In this document: positions 9,751-22,280 of the stretch, piece after piece
Position numbering within the stretch: position 1 is the stretch's first letter
How the letters are laid out: each line of letters begins with the position of its first letter
Assembly: GCF_003918875.1 (NCBI RefSeq)
Contig: NW_025767081.1
Span: forward strand, 496,001-560,000
Source: Haliotis rubra
Taxonomy: Eukaryota
Direction of reading: 5' to 3'
DNA: 64,000 nt
Notes under the pieces: model-generated
What the model was told of the DNA's origin: nothing
Database searches by the model: none
The model's input: only the letters and a program-made list of their open reading frames with translations
Made by a program: the position numbers and the translations under genes

Positions 9751-11265
9751 CTATTTGGGTAGAGCTGCCCTCCAGCCTGCATGTAGTTGTTTGCTGAGTT
9801 GAGCCACCACAGCACTGTAGGCGGAATCATAAGCCAGGTTCTTATTTTCCTGAGGATCGCCATAATGGTCGTACAGTTCCACACCAAACACTTGGGTCCA
9901 GTCCGGCTTGTACTCAGGTTGTAAGTTGAATTTGACCCATTCCGTGTATCTGTAATGATCGGTGGTTATACTGTAGCCCATTTGATCTCCGTTGTATTCA
10001 TTCCTCGGATACTGGGAGAACACAGCCTTCTTCCAGTTGGGACTTGCTGGGTTTGTTATCAGCGGTATCAAACTAGTGCCTTCAGTGCAGACTAGAACGT
10101 TGGTGGAGTTTTCTGGACAAAGATTAATAGGAGGTAGACCAGCAGCTTCTACCAAAGTAGGAAAAAGATCTACAAACTCGGTGAGTTCTTCAGTCACGAT
10201 GCCCTTGTCTGTGAGACCCGGCACATGTACCATCATAGGGGCATGGGTGGCAAGCTCAAAGTTCGTGTGTTTGCACCACTCACCATGTTCCCCCAGTTGC
10301 CAACCGTGATCTCCCCAGAAGGAGATGATTGTGTTGTTGGCCAGGCCTTGATTCTCCACCTCCTGGATAAGTCGACCCAGCTCGTAGTCCGTGTAGCTGA
10401 GGGCGCTGTAGTACCCTCTCCTCAAGTTGAGGATGACATCATTTGGGAGTGTGGTATTGATGTCTCCCGAAATATGGAATTTCTCAAGGTCAACGTATCC
10501 TGAACGTAGTTCTGAATAATTAGACCATGCAATAACCGGCATTTTATCAGGAGCATAGAGGTTGGGTGGCAGACTGATGGAGGACTCGGGGTACATGTCA
10601 AAGAACATCTGTGGTGCCACAAAGGGAAGATGAGGTTTGAAGAATCCTTGAGCGATGAAAAATGGACGTTCTCCAGATCTAGCCTGGGGGGCTGCTTGTC
10701 TGATCATGTTAACTGCATAATCTGCATTCTGTGTGTCTGCAAGGGAGTTATTCTTTAGAAGGTCCATCGGCACGCTCAACCAAGTAACTTTTTCCTTGTA
10801 AACAAAATTGTCAGCCTCTTTGCCTACATGAAAATATGGGTCGGTCCAGGAGATCGGATCGTTGTAGCCAGAAGCAGTTCCTGGATGGAAAATCTTACCC
10901 GATCCTATCGTTCTGTAGCCATGCTCCTTAAAATACTGAGGGATGGTGGTGAAGTTACCTCCTACATCTCTCCAGTAAGCTTGTAGATCATACACATGGG
11001 TAGTGTCTGGTCTTCGTCCAGTGAGGAGAGATGATCTGCTCGGCGCACACACAGCCTGCTGAACATGGGCTCTCTTTAACAGAAGACTCTTCCGTGCAAG
11101 GGCGTCAAGGTTTGGTGAATGTATCGGAGGATGAACAGGACTGGGGAAGTCTTTTCCTTCAAAAATAGTGAGTTCCGGCCTCATGTCATCTGACACCAGA
11201 AACAACACATTCATGCGAGCCCGGGTGGCAGTAATCGCCAGCAGCAGAAGAGTCAACCTCAGCAT
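9751..11265 (-). CDS. IDS: IDS-like sulfatase, copy 2 (type B), 504 aa
   Basis: Same motifs with CAPSR and GFFKPH variants and a 1-aa insertion (ELRSGY); ATG at 11265 begins the signal peptide MLRLTLLLLAITATRA. Confidence 0.93.
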   Translation of the reverse strand: MLRLTLLLLAITATRARMNVLFLVSDDMRPELTIFEGKDFPSPVHPPIHSPNLDALARKSLLLKRAHVQQAVCAPSRSSLLTGRRPDTTHVYDLQAYWRDVGGNFTTIPQYFKEHGYRTIGSGKIFHPGTASGYNDPISWTDPYFHVGKEADNFVYKEKVTWLSVPMDLLKNNSLADTQNADYAVNMIRQAAPQARSGERPFFIAQGFFKPHLPFVAPQMFFDMYPESSISLPPNLYAPDKMPVIAWSNYSELRSGYVDLEKFHISGDINTTLPNDVILNLRRGYYSALSYTDYELGRLIQEVENQGLANNTIISFWGDHGWQLGEHGEWCKHTNFELATHAPMMVHVPGLTDKGIVTEELTEFVDLFPTLVEAAGLPPINLCPENSTNVLVCTEGTSLIPLITNPASPNWKKAVFSQYPRNEYNGDQMGYSITTDHYRYTEWVKFNLQPEYKPDWTQVFGVELYDHYGDPQENKNLAYDSAYSAVVAQLSKQLHAGWRAALPK

Positions 11266-11692
11266 TATGGCGTCTAAATCACACTGTCTTCCAACTGACG
11301 CGAAATGATTTATATATGTTCTAGCCTGTGAAGATAGCAGACGATTCTTATCATTTGGAATGTTTGTTATGTGCATGTGTGACAACAACACAACAAAAAC
11401 AATGTTACATGGCCCTAAACAGGAGCCGGCATTAACAGAACACTCCTTCGTGCCAGTTCGTGTAGGTTTGGTAAATCCATGGAAGGACAACACGAAGGGA
11501 ACACATTTCTCTTGGATGGAATGACAATCGATGTTAAAAAAACAAAGACATCGGTGCGTCAGACATTGAGGTCAACTAAAGGTTAGTTGAAAGAATTTAG
11601 ATTTTGATAAACGAAATTTTACAAATACTTGGGAACATGCACCTGTGTCTTTATCGTTATATCATGGCATGGCATAAGAACCTTTTGTATCA

Positions 11693-12050
11693 GACAATTC
11701 TTATCATTTGGAATGTTTGTTATGTGTATGTGTGAGAAAAACACAATAAAAGCAATGCTACGTGGCCCTAAACAAGAGCTGGCATTAACAGAACAGTCCT
11801 TTGAGCCAGTTCATGTAGGTTTGGAAAATCCATGGAAGGATGACACCAGTGGAGCACATTTCCGTTAGCCTAGATGAATGTCAAAAACAAAGATGACCGT
11901 ATGTCAGACATTGAGGTCAACTAAAGATTAGTTGAAATAATTTAGATTTTGATAAACGAAATTTTACAAATACTTGGGAACATGCACCTGTGTCTTTATC
12001 GTTATATCATGGCATGGCATAAGAACCTTTCGCATCAGACAATCAATCTG
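11693..12050 (-). promoter_or_regulatory. Orphan second copy of the sulfatase upstream region (matches the copy 7 upstream region)
   Basis: Tandem repeat of ~11340-11692, but diagnostic bases match ~39693-40050. Confidence 0.6.
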
Positions 12051-12417
12051 TTGTGCTTGGCCATAACATGCACAGACTGCCTATACTGATTGTTTTTAAA
12101 ATGTATTTATGGTTTTCAGTAAATGCAAAATGTAAACGCGAGGGAATGTCCAGTCATTATTATCTGACGAAACAGATTCTACTGGAAGTATTGGCAGAGC
12201 AGCAGCGGAAATAGAACGGATCACGGGGAAGCAACGACGACACAAAGAAGTTCGCAAAAAGACTTAACATGTCCTGCACAAAGAAGAAATATGACTCTTC
12301 AGCTGAAAATGAACTTGGATGTCCTCGATCAGTTTGTAACTGGAGAGGATATTTGGTATCATCAGTCTTCTTTCCATCTATGAACTGTTATGGTCATGAT
12401 TGTTTTCATAGTGAAAA

Positions 12418-12672
12418 GTGAGTGAGTGAGTGCGTGAGTGTAGGATTACGCAGCACTCAGCAATATTCCAGCTATATGGCGGCGGTCTGTAAATAATCGT
12501 GTCTGGATCAGGCAATCCAGTGATCAACAACATGAGCATCGATCTACGCAGTTGGGAGCCAATGACATGTGTCAAACAAGTCAGTGAGCCAGACCACTCG
12601 ATCACGTTAGTCGCCTCTTACGACAAGCATCGGTTACTGAAGACCAATTTTAACCCAGATCTTTGCGGGTTC
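12418..12672 (-). mobile_element. SINE-like repeat, family B
   Basis: ~250-bp dispersed repeat containing GTCGTAAGAGGCGACTAA and the same GCTGGAATATTGCT..(ACTC)n tail as family A. Confidence 0.75.
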
Positions 12673-14137
12673 GTAGTGAAAAGCGGCCGCGGGGTAGCCC
12701 TGCCATGCCGAAGTCTCGGGTCCAATTCGCAGTAGGGATACATTGTGTGCAGGTTCTGGTGCCCCCATGATCATGATATTGCTGCATCATTGATAAACGC
12801 CGAGAAAAACTGTAGTTACTCACTCAATTACTGTAACAGAGTAACCCCAAAACTGTGGTGTACGACTCAAACTTCACCTCTCCCCCTCTCTCGCGTGATT
12901 ACAGTGACGCCTCACCTCAATCCAATGGGTCAATTTATCGGTTCCAGAAGAAAGCGACAGTATCTGAATGCTAACGGTAATTGTGACCACGGTTGAAGAA
13001 TATTTTTAGTGAAAGCTGACCTTTGATTGTCCATTTATTATATCTCCATTTTTAGACGTTTAAGAGAAAAATCACATTTAGTCATTTCCTCGCTGGAGCC
13101 GGAAACACCTTCGTGGCCGAGTGGATAGAGCGTCATATCGGTGTTTCGATCCATAAACATGGTTATACAAAAAATCGAAAAAATTGAAAATTACGTCGAC
13201 TGGATGGTTCGGAGTCAGTATATCTTATGGCTTAGATGTGAATCCATGTTTATCTGTGACATGATGTTTCAATTCGTTAGTCCGGACTTGTACAGAATTC
13301 ACACAAAGATGTGCACTCATGAGATGATCGTTAACACAATCATAAATGCCCTTTCATTCCATCTAGCTATTTTCAGGTTTATGCTACAAATGTTAATAAA
13401 TATTCTGTTATCTTTGAATAGTTTGATTTGAAGATGAGTTTAACTTGAAGAAGTTTAGAGTTGCAATGTGTCTGGCGTGTTAAATAATTTGGGTGGTATG
13501 AACAAAAGAGCATTATGGCCTCAGATGTTTACAATGTGATGAAAGCAACAAGCAAATGTATGGTGCCTGTTGTACATCAAGAGTGATAATCGAGGTGATT
13601 CGAAAATATGATCACAGATTCTGGTTCTCCTAAATGAAAAGGTGTAATCTGAATCCACTGCAAGAGGATCTTGGATGAGATAAAGGGACGCCACTTTACA
13701 CATTAAATAACCCGTTCTTACATCAATTGCCCTCTCAAAGTAATGGAATAAACGGAACACAATTCTTCCGTTCTCTTAGACTCGATGTTCGAAACAAGGT
13801 TGTTCTCATATAAAACATGTAAACGTCAGACAATTACCAGTCTCCATTACTGATGGAACATATTTCACTGGACGTCAAAGGTAAACAAAATGCATGAAAA
13901 CTATAGGAATGGATCACTGAAAGGTTAGAAATAGAGTAAGCTAAATTATCAAATTGTCAAACCGGTAGCTCTCACCAGTCACGCTATTTGCATAAACAAT
14001 TACGAGCATATATCAAGGTATCTAAAACTGGATTCTCCAGACAGCTTTAATATTGCCCAGTGCGGCGTCAAACAACCACAATATATTCTTACACACATCA
14101 CCAGGTACTCTGATTGGAGCATCCCGTATATATTCTC

Positions 14138-15649
14138 CTATTTGGGTAAAGCTGCCCTCCAGCCAGCATGTAGTTGTTTGCTGAATTGAGCCACCAGGGC
14201 GCTGTAGGCGGAATCATAAGCCAGGTTCTTGTTTTCCTGAGGATCGCCATAATGGTCGTACAGTTCCACACCAAACACTTGGGTCCAGTCCGGCTTGTAC
14301 ACAGGTTGTAAGTTGAATTTGACCCACTCTGTGTATCTGTAATGATCGGTGGTCATGCTGTAGCCCATTTGATCTCCGTTGTATTCATTCCTCGGGTACT
14401 GGGAGAATACAGCCTTCTTCCAGTTGGGACTTGCTGGGTTTGTTATCAGCGGTATCAAACTAGTGCCTTCAGTGCAGACTAGAACGTTAGTGGAGTTTTC
14501 TGGACAGAGATTAATGGGAGGTAGACCTGCAGCTTCTACCAGAGTAGGAAAAAGATCCACAAACTCGGTGAGTTCTTCCGTCACGATGCCCTTGTCAGTG
14601 AGACCCGGCACATGTACCATCATCGGGGCGTGCGTGGCAATGTCAAAGTCCGTGTGTTTGCACCACTCACCGTGTTCCCCCAGTTGCCAGCCGTGATCTC
14701 CCCAGAAGGAGATGATTGTATTGTTGTCCAGGCCTTGATTCTCCAGCTCCTGGATAAGTCGTCCCAGTTCGTAGTCTGTGTAGCTGAGGGCGCTGTAGTA
14801 GGCTCTCCTCAAACCGAGGATGACATCGTTTGGGAGTGTGGTGTTGATGTCTCCCGAAATATGTAATTTCTCAATGTCAACGAATTGCCTAAGCTCTGAA
14901 TAATTAGACCATGCAATTACCGGCATCTTATCAGGAGCGTATGGATTGGGTGGGAGATTAATTGAAGACTCAGGGTACATGTCAAAGAACATCTGTGGTG
15001 CCAAAAAGGGAAGATGAGGTTTGTGGAATCCTTGAGCGATGAAAAATGGACGTTCTCCTGATCTAGCCTGAGGGGCTGCTTGTCTGATCATGTTAATTGC
15101 ATAATCTGCATTCTGGGTGTCTTGAAGGGAGTTGTTCTTTAGAAGGTCCATCGGCACATTCAACCAGGTATCATGCTCCTTGATTGCAAACTTGTTTGCT
15201 TGACCTCCTACTTCAAAATATGGCTCAGTCCAGGAAATCGGGTCGTTATAATTAGAAGCATGTCCTGGATGGAAAACCTTTCCAGATCCTATCGTTCTGT
15301 AGCCGTGCTCCTTGAAATACTGAGGGATGGTGGTGAAGTTACCTCCCACATCTCTCCAGTAAGCTTGTAGATCATACACATGGGTAGTGTCTGGTCTTCG
15401 TCCTGTGAGGAGAGATGATCGGCTCGGGGAACACACAGCCTGCTGAACATAGGCTCTCTTTAACAGAAGACTCTTCCGAGCGAGGGCGTCAATGTTGGGT
15501 GAATGTATCGGAGGATGAACAGGACTGGGGAAGTCTTTTCCTTCAAAAATGGTGAGTTCCGGTCTCATGTCATCTGCCACTAAAAACAACACATTCATAC
15601 GAGCCTGGGCGGCAGTCACCGCCAGCAGCAGAAGAGTCACCCTCAACAT
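14138..15649 (-). CDS. IDS: IDS-like sulfatase, copy 3 (type C), 503 aa
   Basis: Intact ORF from MLRVTLLLL; CSPSR, GKVFH, GFHKPH, GDHGW motifs. Confidence 0.93.
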   Translation of the reverse strand: MLRVTLLLLAVTAAQARMNVLFLVADDMRPELTIFEGKDFPSPVHPPIHSPNIDALARKSLLLKRAYVQQAVCSPSRSSLLTGRRPDTTHVYDLQAYWRDVGGNFTTIPQYFKEHGYRTIGSGKVFHPGHASNYNDPISWTEPYFEVGGQANKFAIKEHDTWLNVPMDLLKNNSLQDTQNADYAINMIRQAAPQARSGERPFFIAQGFHKPHLPFLAPQMFFDMYPESSINLPPNPYAPDKMPVIAWSNYSELRQFVDIEKLHISGDINTTLPNDVILGLRRAYYSALSYTDYELGRLIQELENQGLDNNTIISFWGDHGWQLGEHGEWCKHTDFDIATHAPMMVHVPGLTDKGIVTEELTEFVDLFPTLVEAAGLPPINLCPENSTNVLVCTEGTSLIPLITNPASPNWKKAVFSQYPRNEYNGDQMGYSMTTDHYRYTEWVKFNLQPVYKPDWTQVFGVELYDHYGDPQENKNLAYDSAYSALVAQFSKQLHAGWRAALPK

Positions 15650-16293
15650 TATAGCGTCTAAATCACACTCTTCCAACTGACGCAAAATGATTTATATATT
15701 TTCTAGCCTGTGAAGATAGCAGACGACCCTTATCATTTGGAATGTTTGTTATTTGATATGGCCCTGAACAAGGACTGGCAGTAGCAGAACACTTTTCGCG
15801 CAAGGACGTCCAGGTCTGGTGATTCCATAGGAGGTGTCAGACATGGAGCAGGGTGTCAGACATGGAGGTCAACTAAAGATTACTTGAAAGTATTTATATT
15901 TTGATAAGCGACATATTACAAATGTTTGGGAACATGCACCTGTGTCTTTATCGTTACCTCATGGCATTGCATAAGAACCTTTTATATCCGACAACAGGCC
16001 AGGCTGTGTGGTGCATGGTCATGACATGTGTATTCTGCCTGTTTTGATTGTCCATGAAACGTATCTACGGTTTTCAAGAAATGCAAAATGTCAACCTAAA
16101 GGTATGACAAGACTTGATTATCCAATGGAAGAGATTCTACTGGAATTAAAAGCCAAACAGCAGCTGCAGTGGAAAGCAACGATGACATCGCAAAACGGGT
16201 TAGCATGTCCAGCATTAAGAAGAAATGCAACTCTTCAGCCAAAAATGAATCACCCACCCTGATATTGCTGCGTCATGGATACACGCCGAGAAA

Positions 16294-17739
16294 TAAACTC
16301 TGTCAAAAAAGAAACGCAACCCCCTGTATTTTAGAGATTTTAATCTTACGTTTTAGGACGACAGAGCATTTTTATTATTTAAGACAGAAGTCTGAAGTTT
16401 GGCAGAATAATAACCAAGATAGTCATGTTTAAAATTGTCATTTCAAAAGTTATCTCACAGACACCAGTTTGGCAGAAGGTGAGGCTTTCTTCCTCATGGT
16501 TTGGTAGACTGTCAGTTTTACCTGAAGTCATGGCGATGCATACTATAGAAATGATACGTTACGTTGACGAACGCGTCGATCCAGAGTATCCCACAGGTGT
16601 TCAATAGGGTTGAGGTCTGGTGATTTAGAGGGCCATGGCAAGACATTGACGTTGGATTTCTGCAGAAAGTTCATTGTTGCACGTGGAGTATGAAGCCGGG
16701 CGTTGTCCTGTTGAGAAATCTGTGTCTGTTGGTCAATAATCGGTAGAAGGTGAGGCTGTAACACGTGGTTGATGTAACGTTGGGCTGTCAGGTTCCCTGG
16801 AACGATCACCAAGTCTGAGTTTTGGTTGTATGAGATTGCTCCCCAAACCATAACGCTGTCCCTTCAAATCTGTCCACCTGTCGGACGCAGATGGGCGCAA
16901 AACGTTTATGACGTCTCCTATACACACGCTGTCTTCAGTCGTGACGTTGCAAAAGAAAACGTGATTCATCAGAAAACCAGATGAGCCTCCAGTTTTGTAA
17001 AGTCCATATCCTTACGTTGTTGCACCACCTGAGTCGTCGGCGTCGATGTAGGGGGCGTAGTACAGGTCCAACAACTGGTCTACAGGCACGTAAACCCGCT
17101 TCTTTCAGACGGCTCCTAATCGTTTAAGCTGACACTCTCCTCAAACTTGGTATTTGTGTGGCAGTCACGGTTGGTAGGGCATGCCGATTACGCAGGTGAT
17201 GGACCTGGATGTACCGATCTTGAAGGGGGGTCGTGATTCTTGGCCTTCCGATTCTTGGGCGATCGTTGGTCGAATTGAAGTTGTTGTAGCGGCTCCAAAG
17301 TCGGCATATCGTTGTTTTGTGAACATTTAGGTGCCGTGCAACAGTTCCAAAACTTTCTCCGGCTTGAACACGATCAATGGCGATATTTCGGTCGGCAGCA
17401 CTCAATCGTGGCATTTTTAACACTGCTTTTCGGGACAAATGAATGAATAAAATACGAAAGCACATGGGCTTTTATACACCCCTACATTAACTGCCATTTT
17501 CTTGATTTGCATGTGCATTTGCCTTTTTGTGCGAAGTCACCAGGGTCATTTCATGCGTTGTGACGGAATAAGCAATAAAATACACTTATGCGTGAAAATG
17601 CAGTTGTTTGGATGTAATCTTCATTAAATATGTGTATAATTTCAATACATTTGAATAAAATTTAGTTTGGAAGCAATAACTTTATTCAAACGAATTTTCA
17701 ATATCTGAGGACAGGGGTTGCGTTTTTTGACAGAGTTTA
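16294..17739 (-). mobile_element. Tc1/mariner DNA transposon (second family), decayed
   Basis: TIR TAAACTCTGTCAAAAAA..ACGCAACCCC; MPRLS.., MVWGAI, QQDNAR, SPDLNPIEH; the empty site is seen in block 2 near 44080. Confidence 0.9.
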
Positions 17740-18785
17740 TTCAATCACTATAACAGAGTTACCTTGTTCACTCCATAACCTGCAGAAGCGATTACAGTAG
17801 TATACTTTCTCAAAACTATCGGGCACTACTGTTGTATTCCATGCATCTGAACTGGGATACAGGAACCTAGTAGCCATATTCGCACACAACGCTTTGCGTC
17901 AAGATTGGAATGTTAAAATGTTAAATGTGTGGTATTTTCAAACTATTATTATTTTCTGGTACAGACATGAAGCTGTACAGCCTCTTGCCCTTGCTCAAAC
18001 ACTCACTTTCTTGCTCACTCACTTTGTCCCTTTCTGAGGCACACTCTCTCCTGCTCATCCACTAGCTTCTTCTCCACTTTGTTAATCCACTCGCTTACGT
18101 CCCCTTACTCAATCTTTCTCAACCTTTTGCTCATTCGCCCTCTAGCTACCTCCCTTGAACACTCACTCACTCTTGACCACCCACGCCCCTGTTCTCTCCC
18201 GTTCTTAAAGTGAAGCTCGTCTCAACTCACTCTTATAGTCATTGTGAAATACCGGAAAAAAGCATGAGTATCCAAATGCCAGCGGTAACTGCTATCACGG
18301 CAGAAAGGTGGTTTCTGCTGAAAGTCTACCTTCGATTATCAAGTGTAATTATATCTCCATGTTCAACCATTCTCTAGCTGGACATGGGTTCTTTCTCCGT
18401 GGTGTAGTGGATAGGGTGTCTGTGGTTCGATCCCAGACAACGTCATAACCAAAAAAGGCCTGACACTCGCCATAACGGGACAAAACACGAACGGCTGGCT
18501 TGAAATCACTATTATTATTATTATTATTTGTGTTTTATAATTCATTTATATAGCGCCTATTATCCATCTGACAAGTTGCTCACTGGACGCTGTAATCAGA
18601 ACTTGATCTGATTATATTACGCCGGATAAACCAAGTGTAATCATGCCTTACATGTAGCTTCCATGCTATTTGCATTACCACTATATGCATGTAAATATAT
18701 ACCAACAACTATATTGTCTAGAGAGCTTTAATATATCACACAGATCACCAGGTGTTCTTATTGGAGCATCCCCTATATATTCCTC

Positions 18786-20303
18786 CTATTTGGGTAAAGC
18801 TGCCCTCCAGCCAGCATGTAGTTGTTTGCTGAATTGATCCACAAGGGAGCTGAAGGCGGAATCATAAGCCAGGTTCTTGTTTTCCTGAGGATCGCCATAA
18901 TGGTCGTACAGTTCCACACCAAACACTTCTGTCCAGTCCGGTTTGTACACAGGTTGTAAGTTGAATTTGACCCACTCTGTGTATCTGTAATGATCGGTGG
19001 TCATGCTGTAGCCCATTTGATCTCCGTTGTATTCATTCCTCGGGTACTGGGAGAATACAGCCTTCTTCCAGTTGGGACTTGCTGGGTTTATTATCAGAGG
19101 TATCAAACTAGTGCCTTCAGTGCAGACTAGAACGTCGGTGGAGTTTTCTGGACACAGATTTATAGGAGGTAGACCTGCAGCTTCTACCAGAGTAGGAAAC
19201 AAATCCACAAACTCGGTGAGTTCTTCAGTCACGATGCCCTTGTCAGTGAGACCCGGCATATGTACCATCATAGGGGCGTGCGTGGCGATGTCAAAGTCCG
19301 TGTGTTTGCACCACTCACCATGTTCCCCCAGTTGCCAACCGTGATCTCCCCAGAAGGAGATGATTGTGTTGTTGGCCAGGCCTTGATTCTCCAGCTCCTG
19401 GACTATTCTTCCGAGTTCGTAGTCCGTGTAGCTGAGAGCGCTGTAGTAGGCTCTCCTCTAGTTGAGGATAACATCGTTTGGGAGTGTGGTGTTGATGTCT
19501 CCTGTAACATGTAATTTCTCAATGTCTTCGTAAGCTCCGAGCTCTGTTAAATAATAATTAGACCATGCAATTTCCGGCATCTTATCAGGAGCATATGGGT
19601 TGGCTGGAAGACTGATGGAGGACTCGGGGTACATGTCAAAGAACTTCTGTGGTGCCACAAAGGGAAGATGAGGTTTGTGGAAACCTTGGGCGATGAAGAA
19701 AGGACGTTCTCCAGATCTAGCTTGAGGGGCCGCTTCTCTAATCATTTGAATCGCATGGTCATTATTCTGTGTGTCTTGAAGGGAGTTGTTCTTCAGAACA
19801 TCCATCGGCACATTCAACCAGGAAACATGCTCCTTGTATACAAAATTGTTTGCAAGACCTCCTACTTCAAAATATGGGTCTGTCCAGGAGATCGGGTCGT
19901 TGTCGTTAGAAGCATTTCCAGGGTGGAAAATCTTACCCGAACCTATCGTCCTGTAGCCGTGCTCCTTGAAATACTGAGGGATGGTGGTGAAGTTACCTCC
20001 CACAACTCTCCAGTAAGCTTGTAGATCATACACATGGGTTGTGTCTGGTCTTCGTCCAGTGAGGAGAGATGATCTGCTCGGGGAACACACAGCCTGCTGA
20101 ACATGGGCTCTCTTTAACAGAAGACTCTTCCGAGCGAGGGCGTCAAGGTTGGGTGAATGTATCGGAGGGTGGACAGGACTGGGGAAGTCTTTTCCACCAA
20201 AAATGGAGAGTTCCGGTCTCATGTCATCAGCCACTAAAAACAACACATTCATGCGAGCCTGGGCGGCAGTCACCGCCAGCAGCAGAAGAGTCACCCTCAA
20301 CAT
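18786..20303 (-). pseudogene. IDS: IDS-like sulfatase, copy 4 (type D), with an in-frame nonsense codon
   Basis: The two ORF pieces are in the same frame. TTG(Leu)>TAG at 19458-19460 relative to paralogs; 2-aa insertion (NYYLTEL); a Tc1 element is inserted ~130 bp upstream of the ATG. Confidence 0.85.
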
Positions 20304-20433
20304 TATTGCGTCTAAATCACACTGTGTTCAAGCTGAAGAGAATGGATTTATGTATCTTCTAGCCTGTGAAGATAGCAGACGATTCTTATCACTTGGAATG
20401 TTTGAAATTTCATGTTTGAAAAAACATAAAATA

Positions 20434-21930
20434 TACTAGCCACATAAAGAAACTGTGCATTGTCAAAACATTATCCCAGTTGATAAGTACGATAACAATG
20501 TCAAAGGTACATATAAACTTTAATGGAGGGATCATGAGACCATAACAAGTCGGGAGAATTTCAATTGAAAAGTCAATCACAATGACGTCACGACTCCACA
20601 AGCGGGACAATGTCACAAGCTCAATAACGGGTATGTCCACCATCGGCATTGAGAACAGCAGTGCATCGACGACGCATAGAGCCTATCAAACGTGCAAGGA
20701 AGGCTTGTGGGATGTCACGCCAGATTCTCTCAAGTTCTGTTGCAAGTCAAGGACGTTATCTGGCGGACTAGGAAGACGGCGTAGACGTCGATCCATCCCG
20801 TTCCAAACATGCTCTATCGGGGAGAGATCCGGTGAATTTGCAGTCCAAGGCAGTAAGTCAACGTTGTGGTGTTGCAAGAAATCCATAGCAACCCTTGCCA
20901 TTTGAGGGCGGGCATTGTCCTGTTGGAATGTTAACCCAGGGCCATGACGTTGCAGAAATGGAATTGCCACAGGTCGAAGAATCTGATCCCTGTAACCCAC
21001 ACCAGTTAAGTTGCCCTGAACAATCACCAAAGAAGTTCTTTGGCGTGCTGTTAATCCACCCCAAATCATCACGGAACCACCACCAAAGCGATTCCTCTCC
21101 AAGACACAGGCCTGTGCATAACGTTCTCCCACGCGTCTTATAGGCACGTTGACGTCCATCACTATGGAAATGTTAAACCTGGACTCATCTGTAAAAACAA
21201 CATTTCTCCATCAAAACAAGGGTCTGCGGACATGATTTCGGCATCACATTCGGCGAGCTTGTCGATGACGTTGTGTCAGGATAGGCCGTATGGCGGGACA
21301 TCGTGGTCTGATCCCGTGATGACGTAAACGTTGTCGAACTGTGTTGGGGTGGATACGGCGAAGTCGTGGGATGGTTCGGGCAGTCATCACTGCAGTCTGA
21401 AACCTGTGGCGAAGATGGGTCACCCTTATCCATCTGTCCTGTTTTGGCGTTGTTGCACGTGGACGTCCAGAACGTGGCCGATCGATGACGTCATTTGTGT
21501 TCTGGAAGCGTCTCACCATTTCAGAAATGGTGTTCCGGTGGCAGTGGAAATGTGCAGCCACTTGTCGTTGAGACATTCCCCCACGGACCATCCCAATGGC
21601 CTCATGACGTTGTGCAGACGTGAGCCTTGGCATGCTATGCATTTCAATAGCCGTTTAATTTTTTGAACAATCGCAAGGGCAGGAGTTGAGCTTTCCAAAG
21701 TGACAGTATTGTGTGGCATTCATTTGCTCTGTTTCTCTTTCCCGGAACGCACGTGCAACAACGTATTGCACGTGTCAAGGACGAACCCACTGACGTCACG
21801 GAATGTGGCACGTGCATGCATGTTGGATACATGTCACTAATCTCTGAGTTTAAATCCTTATGTGTCTACACAGGTTTGATAAATTTAGATTTTAAATTTT
21901 TGTATGCACAGTTTCTTTATGTGCCTAGTA
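20434..21930 (-). mobile_element. Tc1/mariner DNA transposon (third family), decayed
   Basis: 27-bp TIR TACTAG(C/G)CACATAAAGAAACTGTGCAT with TA duplications; MPRLT.., GGGSVMIWG, QQDNARP, SPDLSPIEH. Confidence 0.92.
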
Positions 21931-21932
21931 TA

Positions 21933-22280
21933 TACTGAAATGCAAAAGTTATTGTAATATGCAAACAACAAATGAAAAGATATTGCATTGAAAAGTCAAA
22001 TGTTGTAAAGTATTGTAACCATCGACAAGCTCACCTTGCACATGCAAATGATCCACAACATAAGATGGGATTCATAAGGAAGTTCAAACGGTCAGTAGCA
22101 AGTGTGTCAACCTTGTGAATTGGTGCAGGGCTGACACCTTCACCTCTTTGAGGTAATTTAACGTCGAGGCAAGGATATATCATGCCATATCCTAGGAATA
22201 ATTTGACAGAGTTTCTGCAGTGTTGTTGGAGTACTCAGACATCATAAACGTCGATCCATTTCATCACAAACGTGTTCACT
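21933..22280 (-). mobile_element. Tc1 3'-end fragment
   Basis: Minus strand 22092-22280 reads EHVCDEMDRRL...NSQG*HTCY*, a decayed Tc1 transposase C-terminus; the end begins TACTG directly after the TA of the preceding element. Confidence 0.65.
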
